Below are positions 34,430 through 36,232 of a DNA stretch of 36,232 bases, piece after piece. The notes under the pieces were generated by a model that ran no database searches, was not told the origin of the DNA, and saw only the letters and a list, made by a program, of their open reading frames with translations. A program made the position numbers and the translations under genes. The stretch lies in the NCBI GenBank assembly GCA_029051085.1, contig JAIDLK010000012.1:1-36232 (forward strand), read 5' to 3'. The first letter of the stretch is position 1; each line of letters starts with the position of its first letter. The DNA comes from Alphaproteobacteria bacterium (GTDB lineage Bacteria > Pseudomonadota > Alphaproteobacteria > Rs-D84).

Positions 34430-34458
34430 ATTATAACACAAGCATAATTATTTGTCAA
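34430..34458 (-). promoter_or_regulatory. Consensus sigma70 promoter TTGACA-N17-TATAAT for the HExxH gene
   Basis: On the minus strand: TTGACA (34453-34458), a 17-nt spacer, TATAAT (34430-34435). Both hexamers are perfect. Confidence 0.75.
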
Positions 34459-34474
34459 CAAAGGAGTCGTTGTT

Positions 34475-34499
34475 TAATTTCATATGAAATTATTAACAA
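34475..34499. repeat. 25-bp direct repeat, copy 2 (parS-like palindrome), upstream of parA
   Basis: Identical to 33393-33417. The next 8-10 nt are also similar (TTCATTGAAAT vs CCTATTGATTT). Confidence 0.9.
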
Positions 34500-34609
34500 C
34501 CTATTGATTTTTAATGTTTTTTAACAATAAAAGCCGTCTGCACGTTAATTATCTTGACTGAACAGCGACGTTTTTATACCATAAAGGCCGGTAAACATCG
34601 GGAAAAAGA

Positions 34610-35383
34610 ATGACAAAAATAATAGCGTTTGCAAACCAAAAAGGCGGTGTAGGAAAAACCACAACCGCAATAAATATCGGTGCGTCACTGGCCGCAATAA
34701 AAAAGCGGGTTTTACTAATCGACTTGGACCAGCAGGGAAATGCCGGAACCGGATTGGGCTTTGTGCGCTCATCTCATCGCCAAAGCGTTTACGGCGTATT
34801 AAAGGGCACCGCAACGGCGGCTGACAATATTTTAACCACAGCCGTACCAAACCTGCACATTATGCCGTCAACACAGCAATTGGCCGCAGCAGAGGTAGAG
34901 CTGTATACGGAAGATAATCGTTTTTATCGTCTGCGCGACGCATTGGCGCCCATAATGGAGCACTATGATTATATATTACTGGATTGTCCGCCGGCGATGG
35001 GAAATATCACTGCAAATGCTTTGGCGGCCGCAAACGGCGTTATTATTCCAATGCAGTGCGAATTTTATTCGCTTGAAGGGGTTCAGCAGTTGATTAACAC
35101 CATAGAAGGTGTACGACGCGAATTAAATCCGAATATTGATATTCTGGGTGTACTGTTGACGATGTATGACCGCCGCCAGAGTTTAACCCGTGCGGTAGAA
35201 GATGAAATTCGCAGCACTTTTGGCGACAAAACATTTAAAACCGTTATTCCGCGCAATGTTCGCGTATCCGAGGCCCCCAGCCACGGTAAACCGGCATTGT
35301 TTTATGACTTTAATTCCCCCGGGGCCCAGGCGTATCTGCGTGTCGCGACCGAGGTGGTAGAACGTACAGAACAGGGAGTATAA
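34610..35383 (+). CDS. parA: Chromosome partitioning ATPase ParA (Soj)
   Basis: Deviant Walker A (NQKGGVGKTTTAINI), LLIDLDQQGNA, DYILLDCPP, 257 aa, followed by parB. Confidence 0.95.
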   Translation: MTKIIAFANQKGGVGKTTTAINIGASLAAIKKRVLLIDLDQQGNAGTGLGFVRSSHRQSVYGVLKGTATAADNILTTAVPNLHIMPSTQQLAAAEVELYTEDNRFYRLRDALAPIMEHYDYILLDCPPAMGNITANALAAANGVIIPMQCEFYSLEGVQQLINTIEGVRRELNPNIDILGVLLTMYDRRQSLTRAVEDEIRSTFGDKTFKTVIPRNVRVSEAPSHGKPALFYDFNSPGAQAYLRVATEVVERTEQGV

Positions 35384-35384
35384 T

Positions 35385-36232
35385 ATGTCTTCAAAATTTG
35401 GATTAGGCAAAGGATTGGCCGACTTAAAGGCTGAAATGGGACAGATTCCTGATTTTTCTGTTCTGACGGGGGCAGAGCGTGTGGTTGTAAAGCAAATACC
35501 ACTGGCACAGATAGGTGCAAATCCGGACCAGCCGCGAAAAACATTTACCGATGCAGAATTACAAGAACTGGCGGCGTCGATTAAAGAAAAGGGCGTGTTA
35601 CAGCCGATTTTACTGCGCGCTGTTTCAGGCCGTCCATATATGTATGAAATTGTTGCCGGCGAACGCCGCTATCGCGCAAGCAAACTGGCCGGTCTGTCTG
35701 AAATCCCGGCATTGGTAAAAACACTGAATGATGAAAATGCGATGGAAATCGCATTGATTGAAAATGTTCAGCGTGAAAATTTAAACCCGATGGAAGAGGC
35801 TGCCGCATACCAGAACTTAATGGAAAAATGCGGATATGATTTGGCCGATGTCGTGCGTCTGATTGGAAAATCGGAAAGTTATATAAGAAATATTATGCGC
35901 TTAACCAACCTAGCCGATTCGGTAAAGGCAATGGTAGAGCGGGGCGAACTGTCCGCATCGGCGGCCCGTACAATTGCCGTGGCTGAAAACCAGGAAGAAT
36001 TGGCCCATAAAATTATAAATGAAAAGATACCGGTTGCCCAAATCGCAACAATGGTAAAACAGGGCGCGCGCAGCGGTAAGAGCCGGGCATTTTCATCAAA
36101 TAATCTTGATGAAGATACGCGACGAGATATGGAAGGCCGTATAAAAACAGCCCTGGGCGTGCCGGCAAAAATAACCGAGCGACGCGGCGGAGCAGGGCAG
36201 ATTGTACTAACATTTGCAACGCGTATCCAGAT
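35385..36232 (+). CDS. parB: Chromosome partitioning protein ParB (Spo0J), 3'-truncated by the window end
   Basis: Not in the ORF track (no stop in the window). The ATG at 35385 lies 1 nt after the parA stop. My translation gives MSSKFGLGKGLADL..., ANPDQPRK.F, LQPILLR, YEIVAGERRYRA, ALIENVQRENLNP (ParB boxes I/II and an HTH region). Confidence 0.9.
   Translation, partial: MSSKFGLGKGLADLKAEMGQIPDFSVLTGAERVVVKQIPLAQIGANPDQPRKTFTDAELQELAASIKEKGVLQPILLRAVSGRPYMYEIVAGERRYRASKLAGLSEIPALVKTLNDENAMEIALIENVQRENLNPMEEAAAYQNLMEKCGYDLADVVRLIGKSESYIRNIMRLTNLADSVKAMVERGELSASAARTIAVAENQEELAHKIINEKIPVAQIATMVKQGARSGKSRAFSSNNLDEDTRRDMEGRIKTALGVPAKITERRGGAGQIVLTFATRIQ

Noticed and set aside
33393-34499. The 25-bp repeats as ends of an insertion sequence or MITE.
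   Set aside because: The repeats are direct, not inverted. The enclosed gene is a signal-peptide HExxH protein with no transposase or integrase features, and 25 bp is too long for a target-site duplication. An att-like origin cannot be excluded and is noted in the finding.
32808-34609. The replication origin (oriC) lying here, suggested by the switch from minus-strand to plus-strand genes, the AT-rich spacers, proximity to parAB and TTATTAACA DnaA-box-like strings.
   Set aside because: I saw no cluster of good DnaA boxes (TTATCCACA or close variants) and no AT-rich 13-mer-type repeats. Other strand switches occur in the window (9.6 kb and 14.3 kb). GC-skew cannot be judged by eye, so the evidence is insufficient.
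1-36232. CRISPR arrays, prophage or integrase genes, toxin-antitoxin pairs, restriction-modification genes or known defence systems.
   Set aside because: There are no regularly spaced repeats. No ORF carries nuclease, ATPase, methylase or recombinase signatures outside the housekeeping genes listed. The only repeats are the 25-bp pair and the shared leader modules.

Overview
This 36.2-kb window looks like part of a compact, alphaproteobacterium-like chromosome. The evidence is mnmG, rsmG-parA-parB, mreCD-mrdA-rodA, a type-2 IleRS and unusually short versions of many housekeeping proteins. About 90% is tightly packed core genes: a YfgM-like/BamB-like pair, dnaG, topA, rodA, mrdA, mreD, mreC, rpmI-rplT, pheST, nth, ileS, tRNA-Thr, mnmG, fabG, fabD, queH, metG, tRNA-Val, rpsO, truB, mutS, xseB, gpsA, a TPR protein, rsmG, parA and parB (3' partial). 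I found no CRISPR array, transposase, integrase or recognisable defence gene.

Accessory content sits in four AT-rich pockets:
- 13.7-15.2 kb, between pheT and nth: a TrbC/VirB2-like small membrane protein, a 26-aa micro-ORF, and two translationally coupled paralogous Cys-rich secreted proteins.
- 23.06-23.55 kb: a structured leader followed by a 67-aa XRE-like ORF.
- 33.4-34.6 kb: an HExxH secreted or lipoprotein gene wedged between rsmG and parA, flanked by 25-bp direct repeats with a parS-like 16-bp palindrome.
- 2875-3138: an 87-aa orphan ORF locked between topA and dnaG.

The strongest novel signal is non-coding. Two leaders (14971-15183 on the minus strand, 23137-23313 on the plus strand) share a core that is identical at 25 of 26 nt. 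They also share the same series of helices, a pseudoknot and alternative pairings, all kept by compensatory base changes. I could not match them to any RNA family I know, so they are a candidate undescribed cis-regulatory RNA (riboswitch or attenuator type). A third leader (13706-13843) shares the terminator module. All of this comes from reading the sequence by eye; no searches were run.
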